A DNA stretch of 64,000 bases from an uncultured Gemmatimonadales bacterium (GTDB lineage: Bacteria > Gemmatimonadota > Gemmatimonadetes > Longimicrobiales > RSA9). The stretch's first letter is position 1. The number at the start of each line of letters is the position of its first letter. The stretch covers positions 928,001 through 992,000 of the forward strand of contig CAWFKH010000003.1 of assembly GCA_963816355.1 (NCBI GenBank), written 5' to 3'. Made by a program: the position numbers and the translations under genes. Below are positions 21,877 to 30,846 of the stretch, one piece after another. The notes below the pieces were generated by a model. The model ran no database searches, was not told where the DNA came from, and worked only from the letters and a program-made list of their open reading frames with translations.

Positions 21877-23262
21877 TCAGCTTCCGAAGCGAGAGCCGTA
21901 CTTGCTCGCCTGGAGAATCGCCTCCGGATCCTTCAACGCGAGCAGGTCGCGGATCGCCTGCTTCTTGTCCTGGGCCTGCTCGTAGTACGCCTGCGCGATC
22001 CGATAGCCGACGAAGTAGCCGAGGTCGGCCACCCACTCCGGCCCCACCCGATCCGATCCGCCGTTGGCGATCCAATCCCGCTCGTCCGTGCCGTGCATGT
22101 CCTTCTGGAAGCGCCGCCAGATCATGGCTTCATGCGCGATGCCGAACGCGTACGCCGCCGGGTTCGATTGGCGCCCCGAGATCAGCTCACCAAGGAAATC
22201 CGCGCCGCCTTCCACGAGCGCACCACGCAACAGGTCCCGATGGCCGGCATGGCCCTGCTCGAAATGGATCAGCTCGTGCGCCACGACCGGCGGCACCTCC
22301 TCCACCCCCCGCACCCACGCCCGCAGCGTGGGGGTGAGCGCCTCCCTGGGCGACTCCGGCGTCGCCGTCATCTGATCGACACCCAGCAGCAGACCGCGAC
22401 TCGACGTCGTCCCCGCCGACGTCATCATCCCCATCACGAAGTACATGTCCGGAAACACCGCATCCGGATACAGCTCCTTCAGCTTGTGGAACGAGGCGCG
22501 TATCTCGCCCGCCTGCGAAGCGATCTTCAGGCTGCTCGCCCGCAGCGTCGCGTAGTATGCAGCATACTTGTCAAGGGTCGCCACGAACCGCGTCACCGAA
22601 GGGATCTTCAGCAGGAAATAGTCGACCAGCCCGTCGCTCGCCCGGTCGAAGTACTCGCGCTCGTAGATCTCCTCCTTCTCGGCGGCCGTCGTGGCCTTCT
22701 GCGCGTCGTCGTACGCCTCCCAGAAGTGGTCGATGTCGGAAGTGACGAGCCGGGCCGCATCCGGATCCCCTCTCTCCGCCTCGTAAACGGCTCGGTTCGC
22801 ACGGACCGCCTTCACGGTCGCCCTCCAGGCCGGCAGCTCGTGGAGTGGATCGAAAGCGGGCTCGTCCGCCACTTCGCTGACCTTCCAGTACCCGCGCTTC
22901 GCCAACCGCTCGAGCAGTTGCATGGGCTCCGCCTTCAGGCCGCCCAGCGCGAATGCGTACGCCGCGTTGAGCAGCGTCTCGTTCGGGTCGGCCGCGTTAT
23001 CCGCGGCCCGCTGCCACAACCTGCCCGCTCTCAGGTAGTCCTTCGCGTGATATGCGGCGAAGGCCGAGTCGTCGAGGATCGCGGCCGCCTTCCCGCGCTC
23101 GATCCGCTCCATGCCGCCACCCGACGCCACCGGCACCGCGGCCTTCGCCTGAGCTGGAGCCTTGTCCTGCGCCTGCACCGGTCGGCTGCCGAACACCACA
23201 CTCGCCACGATGAGGAAGAGGCACCTCGTTCGAACGCCGATCTGCAGTCCTTTTCTGCGCAT
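21877..23262 (-). CDS. Secreted DUF2268-type putative Zn-dependent protease with N-terminal TPR-like region
   Basis: Signal peptide; LVTSDIDHFWEAYD, VAHELIHFEQ, EGGADF, DLGYFVGYRIAQAYY. Confidence 0.85.
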   Translation of the reverse strand: MRRKGLQIGVRTRCLFLIVASVVFGSRPVQAQDKAPAQAKAAVPVASGGGMERIERGKAAAILDDSAFAAYHAKDYLRAGRLWQRAADNAADPNETLLNAAYAFALGGLKAEPMQLLERLAKRGYWKVSEVADEPAFDPLHELPAWRATVKAVRANRAVYEAERGDPDAARLVTSDIDHFWEAYDDAQKATTAAEKEEIYEREYFDRASDGLVDYFLLKIPSVTRFVATLDKYAAYYATLRASSLKIASQAGEIRASFHKLKELYPDAVFPDMYFVMGMMTSAGTTSSRGLLLGVDQMTATPESPREALTPTLRAWVRGVEEVPPVVAHELIHFEQGHAGHRDLLRGALVEGGADFLGELISGRQSNPAAYAFGIAHEAMIWRRFQKDMHGTDERDWIANGGSDRVGPEWVADLGYFVGYRIAQAYYEQAQDKKQAIRDLLALKDPEAILQASKYGSRFGS

Positions 23263-23445
23263 GCCGCTCTCGAGGGTAGGAGATCCAATGGCACTTCCGG
23301 GCACCTTCGCGCATCATGGGTCGACGGCGATCGGTCGGTCAAGCCGATCGTGAGGACGTGCGATGGGGCAGGGAGAGGGCGTGGAATCCGGAGGTCAGGC
23401 CGAACACCTCCGCGCCGCCGCGCCCGAGGGCGTCCCGCCCATCGG

Positions 23446-24021
23446 CTACTTCCGCGGCGAGGTCGCCGGCACCATGAGGTGCGCGTAGGGCGTGCCCTTC
23501 CACATCACGTAGGGACCGCCGTTCGCCGGATCCGTGGGAAGCGCGTCGAGAAGCTTCGGGTCCGGAATCAGGATCATCACGTGGGGGCCGCTGTTCTCCA
23601 GCCACTGGTTCGCCGGCGCCGGCTCCGTGGCGAATGGGTTCGTATTGCTCACCGGCATATCGCCCTGAAGCATGTACCCGAAGGCGATCCGCGGTATCGT
23701 CGGAGCCCGCTCGTGCATCAGCGCGTCGATGAACGCGCGCCACGGCGCGTCCAGGCACATCGGCGAGTTGTTGGGGACGTCGGGCAGGTCCGGCAGGCAC
23801 ACCCAGTCGCTCGTCCCCGGACGCAGCACGCGACCATCGTGCGCCATCACCGTCGCACCGGCGGCGAGCGACGCAGGCGCCGCGCTCAGGGCGTTGGCGA
23901 TCAGCGCCTGATCCGCCGCCGGGTCCGCCCCCGGATGCGCCGGAGCGCCCGACGTCTGGCCTGCGGCGGCGCCGGCGAGGCCGGCCAGCAACGCGCTGGT
24001 GGACAGCAGAATCGACCGCAT
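23446..24021 (-). CDS. Hypothetical secreted protein
   Basis: GGAGG RBS; signal peptide; ALSAAP, WVCLPD, SPMCLD, YMLQGD, GPHVMI, PYVMWKGTPYAHLMVP. Confidence 0.8.
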   Translation of the reverse strand: MRSILLSTSALLAGLAGAAAGQTSGAPAHPGADPAADQALIANALSAAPASLAAGATVMAHDGRVLRPGTSDWVCLPDLPDVPNNSPMCLDAPWRAFIDALMHERAPTIPRIAFGYMLQGDMPVSNTNPFATEPAPANQWLENSGPHVMILIPDPKLLDALPTDPANGGPYVMWKGTPYAHLMVPATSPRK

Positions 24022-24063
24022 GTGGGGACCTCCGCGTGAGGGTGGTTCGCGCCGTGCGGTTAC

Positions 24064-24079
24064 TAGACCGATCGGTCCA
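24064..24079. promoter_or_regulatory. NemR-type operator (one mismatch) upstream of the hypothetical secreted gene
   Basis: TAGACCGATCGGTCCA versus the consensus TAGACC-N4-GGTCTA. Confidence 0.75.
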
Positions 24080-24102
24080 GTCACGGCGAAAATAAAAATG
24101 GA

Positions 24103-24678
24103 TCAGCGAGGCGCCGCGGCTGCGAAATAGAAGTCGAGAAACCCATCCAGCGGCCGACCGGTGCGCACCAGTCGCGTACGGAGCGCCGCGCCCTCCCAGG
24201 CGTCCACGAGGACGTCGGCCATCCGTCGCGGGTCCGTCGTGGCCGGCAGGTCACCGCGTGTACGCGCCTCCTCGAGACAGGCGGCCAGCCGCTCCGCGAT
24301 GGCGCCGATACACCTTTCGATCCTCCGGCGAAACACCTCGCTCGCCCCCGAGAGCTCCTGTCCGAGCGCGCCGAGGAAGCAGCCGAGATAACCTTCGACG
24401 GCATAGGCGTCGCGTACGCCCTCGAAGAAGCGGCGCACGCGCTGCAGCGGCGGGTGCCGTCCGTCCTCGAGCGTCGCGTCGAGCAGCTGGTGCACGTCGG
24501 CCACGTAGGCTTCGATCACCTGGAGCGCGAAGTCTTCCTTCGACGCGAAATGGTGATAGAACGACCCCTTGGGGACTCCGGTCTCCCGCAGCAGTTGCTG
24601 AATCCCCATGGCATTGTAGCCGCGCTCGAGCATGAGGCGGAGACCGGCGTCGATCAGCCGCTGCTTCGTCTCGTGCAT
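24103..24678 (-). CDS. TetR-family regulator, NemR-like
   Basis: GYNAMGI..GVPKGSFYHHFASKEDF, GCFLGALGQE, AWEGAALR. Confidence 0.9.
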   Translation of the reverse strand: MHETKQRLIDAGLRLMLERGYNAMGIQQLLRETGVPKGSFYHHFASKEDFALQVIEAYVADVHQLLDATLEDGRHPPLQRVRRFFEGVRDAYAVEGYLGCFLGALGQELSGASEVFRRRIERCIGAIAERLAACLEEARTRGDLPATTDPRRMADVLVDAWEGAALRTRLVRTGRPLDGFLDFYFAAAAPR

Positions 24679-24694
24679 CGCAGGTGCGGCCGCC

Positions 24695-24710
24695 TAGACC
24701 AATCGGTCTA
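24695..24710. promoter_or_regulatory. NemR-type autoregulatory operator
   Basis: Perfect TAGACC-AATC-GGTCTA palindrome 16 bp upstream of the TetR start. Confidence 0.85.
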
Positions 24711-24753
24711 TTCATGCCGCATGATGCGATGCCAGGGAGCGCCGCGTCAAGAC

Positions 24754-26157
24754 TCAGCGGAAGCCGAACAGCGGTGGGAAGACGAACGCGACCACCGCGG
24801 CCCACGCGGCGATCACGTACAGGTAGCGCACCTGCCAGTCCCAGAGCCGCGGGAAGCGCTTGCCGCCCCGCAGGAAGCCGGCGTAGAGGACGGCGGAGCC
24901 CGCCAGGTTGACCAGCAGGACGACGTTCATCCCCAACGCCGCGAACCGGTTGGGCGTCCAGCCCATGTCCGAGATCCGGGCGCCGATCGCCCGGAGCGCC
25001 AGGAGATCCACCACCAGCGCGGTCCCGACCAGCGTCAGGTGCAGCCAGTCGAAGATTCCGGGGGGCGCCAGGGGGTCCCGGGCCGAGATCGAGTACAGCA
25101 GCAGCCCGAAGACCACGATCAGCAGCACGTCCAGCGCGATGAGGATCTCCCGCTCCACGTCGATCGCCCGCCCCGTTCCCAGCAGCGTCGCGAGGAAGGC
25201 GAGGAGCACCAGCGCGAAGAGGGGAATGAAGACCCGAGCCAGCACCGGCGCCATGTTCTCGATGACGCTCTGCTTCGCCTCCACGAGCCACGCGGCCACC
25301 ACGGTGGCGCCGGCGACGCCGCAGGGCACGATCCAGTTCTGCACCAGGATCCGCAGGTCGAGGCCGATCGCCTGGAAGAGAGCCAGCGTGAGCCCGGTGA
25401 GCACGCCGCCGCCCAGTGCGATCAGCACCAGGTAGATGAAGAGCTCGCCGGTGAACCGGATGAAGTCCATCCGCTTCTCGCTCCCGCGCCAGCTCCCGCC
25501 CACGTACGCCACGCCCACCGCCAGCCAGAGGGCGAGCGGCAGGTGCAGAACGCTCAGCATCAGGGTGTCCGGCTCGCGCCCCGGCCTGGGTGAGAACGGA
25601 AACGCGTTCGCCACGATCGCCGCCAGGACGAACACCGCGGCCAGCCCAGCCCGGCTCCTCGCCGGCAGCGGCCGCTCCCACGCGAAATACGCCGCGATGA
25701 AGGGCAGGCTGAAGAAGGAGAAGTCCAGCAGGTAGAAGAGGCTCGGGTCGCCGCCCTCCGGGACGGCGAAGAACGCGCCGACCTTGATCGCCACGGCCGC
25801 CGCCACGGCCAGCCCCAGCGCCACCCACATCCTCCGTGACCCGGCCGATCCCCACGACTCGCCGCCCGACCCCTCGCCGCCCGTCAGGACGAGCTGCTTC
25901 CACAGCCGCTCCGAATGCTCCCGGGCGAACTCCCGCGTCACGGCGTCGACGGCGCCCATGCGCTTCACCGCGACCAGGAACGCCTCGTCGCCGGAAAGCC
26001 CCTGCTCCCCCAGCGACGCGATCCGCTCCCGAAGGTGATCCTCCAGTTCCGCCGCATCCGCGCCCGTGATCGCACGGCTCCTTCGCAGGTGCGCACGCCA
26101 CGCTTCGATCTGCACCTCGAGCGGGTCGCCCGCGACGTCCCTCCGCTCCCGATCCAT
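24754..26157 (-). CDS. Permease-prefix-domain membrane protein (PadR-associated)
   Basis: QIEAWR...ELEDHLRE...GLSGDEAFLVAVKRMG followed by many TM helices. Confidence 0.85.
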   Translation of the reverse strand: MDRERRDVAGDPLEVQIEAWRAHLRRSRAITGADAAELEDHLRERIASLGEQGLSGDEAFLVAVKRMGAVDAVTREFAREHSERLWKQLVLTGGEGSGGESWGSAGSRRMWVALGLAVAAAVAIKVGAFFAVPEGGDPSLFYLLDFSFFSLPFIAAYFAWERPLPARSRAGLAAVFVLAAIVANAFPFSPRPGREPDTLMLSVLHLPLALWLAVGVAYVGGSWRGSEKRMDFIRFTGELFIYLVLIALGGGVLTGLTLALFQAIGLDLRILVQNWIVPCGVAGATVVAAWLVEAKQSVIENMAPVLARVFIPLFALVLLAFLATLLGTGRAIDVEREILIALDVLLIVVFGLLLYSISARDPLAPPGIFDWLHLTLVGTALVVDLLALRAIGARISDMGWTPNRFAALGMNVVLLVNLAGSAVLYAGFLRGGKRFPRLWDWQVRYLYVIAAWAAVVAFVFPPLFGFR

Positions 26158-26162
26158 TGAGC

Positions 26163-26537
26163 TCAGCTCCGCTGAGGTTCGAGGCGCCCGCCCCCGCGCG
26201 CGAGCTTCGACCGCGCCGACCACACCTTCCGGAGCGTCTCGTCCACCGTCCTCCACTGACGACGCTCCTCGTCCAACTGCGCGCGCCCCGCCTCCGTCAC
26301 GCCGTAGTACTTCCGCTTCCTCCCCGTCTCCGCCGTCTCCCACCGGGACTCGACCAGCCCCGAACGCTCCAGCCGATGCAGCACCGGATACAACATCCCA
26401 TCCGTCCACTCCAGCTCGCCCCCCGACAGCTCCCGCACCCGCTGCAGGATCGCGTAGCCGTAGCTGTCCCCCTCGGCCAGGATCGCCAGGACCAGCGGCG
26501 TCGACGACGCCGCCACCAGCTCCTTGTTGATGCTCAT
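26163..26537 (-). CDS. PadR-family transcriptional regulator
   Basis: LAILAEGDSYGYAI, GMLYPVLHRLE, GRKRKYYGVT. Confidence 0.93.
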   Translation of the reverse strand: MSINKELVAASSTPLVLAILAEGDSYGYAILQRVRELSGGELEWTDGMLYPVLHRLERSGLVESRWETAETGRKRKYYGVTEAGRAQLDEERRQWRTVDETLRKVWSARSKLARGGGRLEPQRS

Positions 26538-26569
26538 CGTGCCGCCGCGTTCGCGTGCATGGCGGCATT

Positions 26570-26590
26570 ATACATAATAGCTCTAGGTAT
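26570..26590. promoter_or_regulatory. AT-rich imperfect palindrome; candidate PadR operator/promoter
   Basis: ATACATAA-TAGCT-CTAGGTAT between divergent padR and the dehydrogenase. Confidence 0.5.
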
Positions 26591-26626
26591 GGCCACGGGG
26601 GCACGCGCCGCGGGAGTTTGCCTCCC

Positions 26627-27685
26627 ATGTATGCCATCACCTTCGTCGACGTCGAAAGCCTGCGCTTCGAGCGCGTGGCGGACCCGGAGCTCATCGCCGA
26701 GGGCGACGCGATCGTGCGGGTCGAGCTGGCGGGCGTCTGCGGCTCCGACCTTCACCCGTACCTCGGTCACGAGCGGGGGCTGGACCCGGGAACCGTCATG
26801 GGCCACGAGCTGGTGGGCCGAGTGGTGGAGGTCGGAGCCGGCGTACGCACGTTCCGCGAGGGGGACCGGGTGGTGGCCCCGTTCACCACGAGCTGCGGCG
26901 CCTGCCGCGCGTGCGAGGCCGGCCTGACCTCGCGTTGCCCCCGGGGTCGACTCTTCGGCTGGGTCGCGGGTGGCCGGGGGCTGCACGGGGCGCAGGCGGA
27001 ACTCGTACGCGTGCCGCTGGCGGACACGACGCTCGTCGCCGTGCCGGACGACTTTCCGGACCTCGCCGTGGCGCTGCTCGCCGGCGACGTCCTCTCGACC
27101 GCGATGTACGCTGCGGAGCTGGCGCGTGTGGCGCCCGGCGACGTCGTCGCGGTGATCGGCTGCGGCCCCGTCGGCCTCCTCGCCATCCGCGCGGCGCTCG
27201 CGCGGGGCGCGCGGGAGATTTTCGCCCTCGACGTGGTCGCCTCGCGGCTCGCGCTCGCCGGGCGTTTCGGCGCGACGCCGGTGAACGCGGGCGCTGCCGG
27301 CGCGGTGGAGCGCGTCCGGTCGCGCACCGGCGGGCACGGCGTCGATCGCGTCCTCGAAGCGGCCGGCTCGCCACGAGCGACGCGCCTGGCCTGGGAGCTG
27401 GTCGCGCCCGGCGGCGCCATCGCCGCGGTCGGCGTGCACACCGAGCCGCAGCTCGCCCTCTCTCCGGGCGAGCTGTACGACCGCAACCTCACGTACGCCG
27501 CCGGACGCTGTCCGGCGCGCCGCATCCTCCCGGCCGCCCTCGAGATGGCGCGGCGCGACGCGCCGCTGCTCGGCGACCTGATCTCACACCGGCTTCCGCT
27601 GTCCGAAGGAGTCGACGCGTACCGGCGGCTCGCCGCGCGGGAGGAAGGTTGGGCGAAGGTGGTGCTGGCGCCTTCGTCGCCCTGA
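26627..27685 (+). CDS. Zinc-dependent alcohol dehydrogenase (MDR family)
   Basis: CGSDLH, GHE, CGACRAC..C, GCGPVG. Confidence 0.92.
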   Translation: MYAITFVDVESLRFERVADPELIAEGDAIVRVELAGVCGSDLHPYLGHERGLDPGTVMGHELVGRVVEVGAGVRTFREGDRVVAPFTTSCGACRACEAGLTSRCPRGRLFGWVAGGRGLHGAQAELVRVPLADTTLVAVPDDFPDLAVALLAGDVLSTAMYAAELARVAPGDVVAVIGCGPVGLLAIRAALARGAREIFALDVVASRLALAGRFGATPVNAGAAGAVERVRSRTGGHGVDRVLEAAGSPRATRLAWELVAPGGAIAAVGVHTEPQLALSPGELYDRNLTYAAGRCPARRILPAALEMARRDAPLLGDLISHRLPLSEGVDAYRRLAAREEGWAKVVLAPSSP

Positions 27686-27749
27686 TCGGGCGTGTTACTT
27701 TCGCACTTCGGGCCGCTCCCCGTTCACCCTCTCGCCCCCGGGGTTTGAA

Positions 27750-28502
27750 ATGCTCCAGACCGTGCATTCTCGCCGCTTGCGCCTGGCTCTGCTCGGCGTC
27801 CCGCTGGTGGCGGCAGCGACGCTGGGCGTCGCCTTCGCGTCGCCGGCCACGCCTTCCGCTGCGCCCGCTGCGCCCGCAGCCGCGCCACGCCCGGAGCGCT
27901 CGGGCGCGGAGTGGCGCGACAGCGTTCGGGCCTTCGCCGAAAAGAACCTGCAGCACACCGCGTGGGGGCCTGCGCACGCGCGGCGCGACTACGAGATGAC
28001 GCTGCGGCTCGCGCGCGCCGAGGGGCTGGCGTTGGACGATGACGCGCTGTACGCGGCGGCCTACCTGCACGACATGGGCGGCCTGCCGCCCTACGCCCGG
28101 GAAGGGGTGGACCACGGCGATCGCTCCGCGCAGCTGGTGGAGGGCGTGTTGCGCGGCACCGGGTTCCCCATGGAAAAGATCCCGCTGGTGCAGGAGATCG
28201 TGAGTCATCACCAGTACTACCGTCCGCCGGACACGCTGCGGATCGCCGTGCTCTTTCGCGACGCGGACATCCTGGACTTCATGGGGGTGATCGACGTGGC
28301 GCGCATCCTGTCTCTCACCAAGCGGGAGCCGTTCGTGCCGGACCTGCCGCGCGCCATTCAGGTGATCCGGCAGCAGATGATCGACATGCCCGCGCGCCTG
28401 CAGTCGCAGGCGGCGAAGCGGGAAGGGAAGCGGCGCGTCGCGGAGATGAAGGCGTTCCTGGACGCGCTGTCGGCGGAGACGGACTCGCTGCAGGTCCTCT
28501 GA
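27750..28502 (+). CDS. HD-domain protein with N-terminal signal peptide
   Basis: H..R, AAYLHDMG, DH, HH, DADILD; hydrophobic leader and Ala/Pro linker. Confidence 0.8.
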   Translation: MLQTVHSRRLRLALLGVPLVAAATLGVAFASPATPSAAPAAPAAAPRPERSGAEWRDSVRAFAEKNLQHTAWGPAHARRDYEMTLRLARAEGLALDDDALYAAAYLHDMGGLPPYAREGVDHGDRSAQLVEGVLRGTGFPMEKIPLVQEIVSHHQYYRPPDTLRIAVLFRDADILDFMGVIDVARILSLTKREPFVPDLPRAIQVIRQQMIDMPARLQSQAAKREGKRRVAEMKAFLDALSAETDSLQVL

Positions 28503-28543
28503 GGCGCGGCGGCGCCACCCCGCTGGGCCGGGTGCCACGGCGT

Positions 28544-28606
28544 GCGGAGAAATCGCCGCGCGCGGAGAAATCGCCGCGGATCGCGGAGAAATCGCCGCGG
28601 ATCGCG
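28544..28606. repeat. Three tandem copies of GCGGAGAAATCGCCGCG(GATC)
   Basis: Copies start at 28544, 28562 and 28583. Confidence 0.85.
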
Positions 28607-28623
28607 TTGGCTCGCGGCGGGGT

Positions 28624-28661
28624 ATGAAGGCCTCTTCATCTCCACTTCATGATCGCTTCAC
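28624..28661 (+). promoter_or_regulatory. Putative autoregulatory box upstream of the response regulator
   Basis: ATGAAG-gcct-CTTCAT-ctcca-CTTCAT-gatcg-CTTCAC. Confidence 0.7.
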
Positions 28662-28723
28662 GGCCCGCACGCGACATTGCGGGCGTCCCCCCGGCGCGGG
28701 CGGAAGACACACGGAGGTCGACG

Positions 28724-29404
28724 ATGCGCCTGCTCGTGATCGAGGACGATCGCAAGGTCGGGAGCTTTCTGCAGCGCGGGCTGCGGGAGGACGGCTACGA
28801 GGTGGACCTCGCCGCCGACGGTGCGGAAGGCGCCCTCGATGCGCACGTATACGACTACGACGCGCTCCTGGTGGATGTGATGCTGCCAGGCAAGAACGGC
28901 TACGAGATCGTCCGTGAGTTGCGCAGCAGCGGCAGCACGGTGCCGATCCTGATGCTCACGGCGCGCGACGCGACGGAGGACATCGTGCGCGGGCTGGACG
29001 CGGGTGCGGACGACTACGTGACGAAGCCGTTCAGCCTCGACGAGTTGCTGGCGCGCGTACGCGCGCTGGTGCGGCGGGGCGGCGCGGCGCGGCTGACGCG
29101 GCTCGTCTACCGGGAGCTGGAGATGGACCGCGTCGCGCACGCGGCGAGGCGCGGCGGCGAGGCGCTGGACCTGACGGCGAAGGAGTTCGAGCTTCTCGAG
29201 TACTTCCTGCTGCACCCGGAGGAAGTGATCCGCAGGACCGAGCTGCTCGAGAAGGTGTGGGACCTGTCGTTCGATCCGATGTCGAACGTCGTGGACGTGC
29301 ACATCGCGAACCTGCGGCGCAAGCTCAGGGAAGGGGACCGTTCGCCGCTGATCCACACGGTGCGCGGCGTGGGCTACATCCTGCGCGAGGACGCCGTGGC
29401 GTGA
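28724..29404 (+). CDS. OmpR-family response regulator (CusR/CzcR-like)
   Basis: MRLLVIEDD, DVMLPG, GADDYVTKPF, SNVVDVHI, IHTVRGVGY; GGAGG RBS. Confidence 0.93.
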   Translation: MRLLVIEDDRKVGSFLQRGLREDGYEVDLAADGAEGALDAHVYDYDALLVDVMLPGKNGYEIVRELRSSGSTVPILMLTARDATEDIVRGLDAGADDYVTKPFSLDELLARVRALVRRGGAARLTRLVYRELEMDRVAHAARRGGEALDLTAKEFELLEYFLLHPEEVIRRTELLEKVWDLSFDPMSNVVDVHIANLRRKLREGDRSPLIHTVRGVGYILREDAVA

Positions 29405-30843
29405 TCCGCACCTTCCGCTTTCAGCTCGCGGCGCGGGTGGCCGCCACGGTGACGGTCGGTCTCGCGGCGATCGGCACGCTGAGCTACGCGGCGATGCGCA
29501 GCTCGCTGGACCGCCAGATCGACGCGAGCCTGATCAACATCGCCTCCATCCAGGCCGCCTCGGTAACCTCGGCGCCGTCGGGCGGGATGGCGTTCCACGA
29601 GTGGGCGCTGACGCCGGACGAAGCGGCGTCCGTGCTGGACCTGAACCGCTACGCGCAGGTGTGGACCTCCGATGGCCGGAGCCTGCTGCGCACCCGCTAC
29701 CTCACGCGGGACCTGCCGCTGGATCGGGTCGCGCTGAGACGAGCCGGCACCGGCCGGCTGGTGTGGAAGGAACAGCGCCTCGGCGCCATCCCGGTCCGAT
29801 CGCTCTATTATCCGCTCGTCCGCCTCGGCCCGGCGCACCTCCACCACGTGCTTCAGGTCGCGGCCCCGCTGGTGTCCCGCAACGCCACGCTGCGACGTCT
29901 CTCGCTGCTCCTCCTCGCGCTGATCGTGCTCGCCGGCGTCGGCACGTTCGCCGGAAGCTGGTGGCTCGCCGCTCGGGTCGTCCGCCCGGTGGACGAGATC
30001 ATCGACCAGACCGAGGAGATCGGCGCCCACACCCTCGGCCGGCGCATCCACGCCCGGGCGGACACGCAGGAGTACCAGCGGCTGGTGCAGGTGCTGAACA
30101 CGATGCTCGAGCGCCTCGACCAGGCCTTCGAGGCGCAACGGCGCTTCACCGCCGACGCGAGCCACGAGCTGCGTTCGCCGCTCACCGCGCTCCAGGGCGA
30201 GCTGGAGCTCGCCCTCCGTCGCGAGCGCTCCCCCGACGAGTACCGCCGCGTCATCGCGAGTGGCCTCGAGGAGGCCCAGCGACTCGCACGCACCGCCGGG
30301 GACCTGCTCACGCTGGCCCGCGCCGACGCCGGCGTGCTCCGGCCGCACCTGCGCGAAGGGGACCTCGCCGCCGTCGTGCGGCGGACCTGCGAGCGGCTGC
30401 GCGGCCGCGCCGAGGCCAAGCACCTCTGCCTCGATTTCCGCGACGAGGGAGCGCCGCCGGTGCCGCTCGATCCCGAGCTGGTCTCGCGCCTGGCATACAA
30501 CGTCGTCGAGAACGCGGTGAAGTACACTCCGGCCGGCGGCGAAGTCCGGGTCGTGGTGCGGCCGAGCGAGGCGGGCGACGGCGCCGAGCTGCGCGTCGAG
30601 GACACCGGCCCGGGGCTGCCGGCGTCTCGCATCGATCGTCTCTTCGAGCGTTTCTTTCGGCTCGACGAGTCGCGCACGCCGGAAGCGGCGGCGGGCGGCA
30701 CCGGCCTCGGGCTCTCCATCGCGCAGGCGATCGCGCTCTCCCACTCCGGCGCCATCACCGCCGCCAACCTGCCCGCCGGCGGCGCCCTCTTCGTCGCCCG
30801 CTTCCCGGCCGCGGAGCACGTCGCTCCCGCGCGTCACGCGTGA
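29401..30843 (+). CDS. Sensor histidine kinase (2 TM, HAMP, HisKA, HATPase; CusS-like architecture)
   Basis: FTADASHELRSPL, NAVKY, DTGPG, GGTGLGL; GTGA overlap with the regulator. Confidence 0.92.
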   Translation: MIRTFRFQLAARVAATVTVGLAAIGTLSYAAMRSSLDRQIDASLINIASIQAASVTSAPSGGMAFHEWALTPDEAASVLDLNRYAQVWTSDGRSLLRTRYLTRDLPLDRVALRRAGTGRLVWKEQRLGAIPVRSLYYPLVRLGPAHLHHVLQVAAPLVSRNATLRRLSLLLLALIVLAGVGTFAGSWWLAARVVRPVDEIIDQTEEIGAHTLGRRIHARADTQEYQRLVQVLNTMLERLDQAFEAQRRFTADASHELRSPLTALQGELELALRRERSPDEYRRVIASGLEEAQRLARTAGDLLTLARADAGVLRPHLREGDLAAVVRRTCERLRGRAEAKHLCLDFRDEGAPPVPLDPELVSRLAYNVVENAVKYTPAGGEVRVVVRPSEAGDGAELRVEDTGPGLPASRIDRLFERFFRLDESRTPEAAAGGTGLGLSIAQAIALSHSGAITAANLPAGGALFVARFPAAEHVAPARHA

Positions 30844-30846
30844 GCG

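Noticed and set aside
21544..24039. 831-aa plus-strand ORF
   Set aside because: Antisense to two genes with clear signal peptides and motifs; Arg-rich composition.
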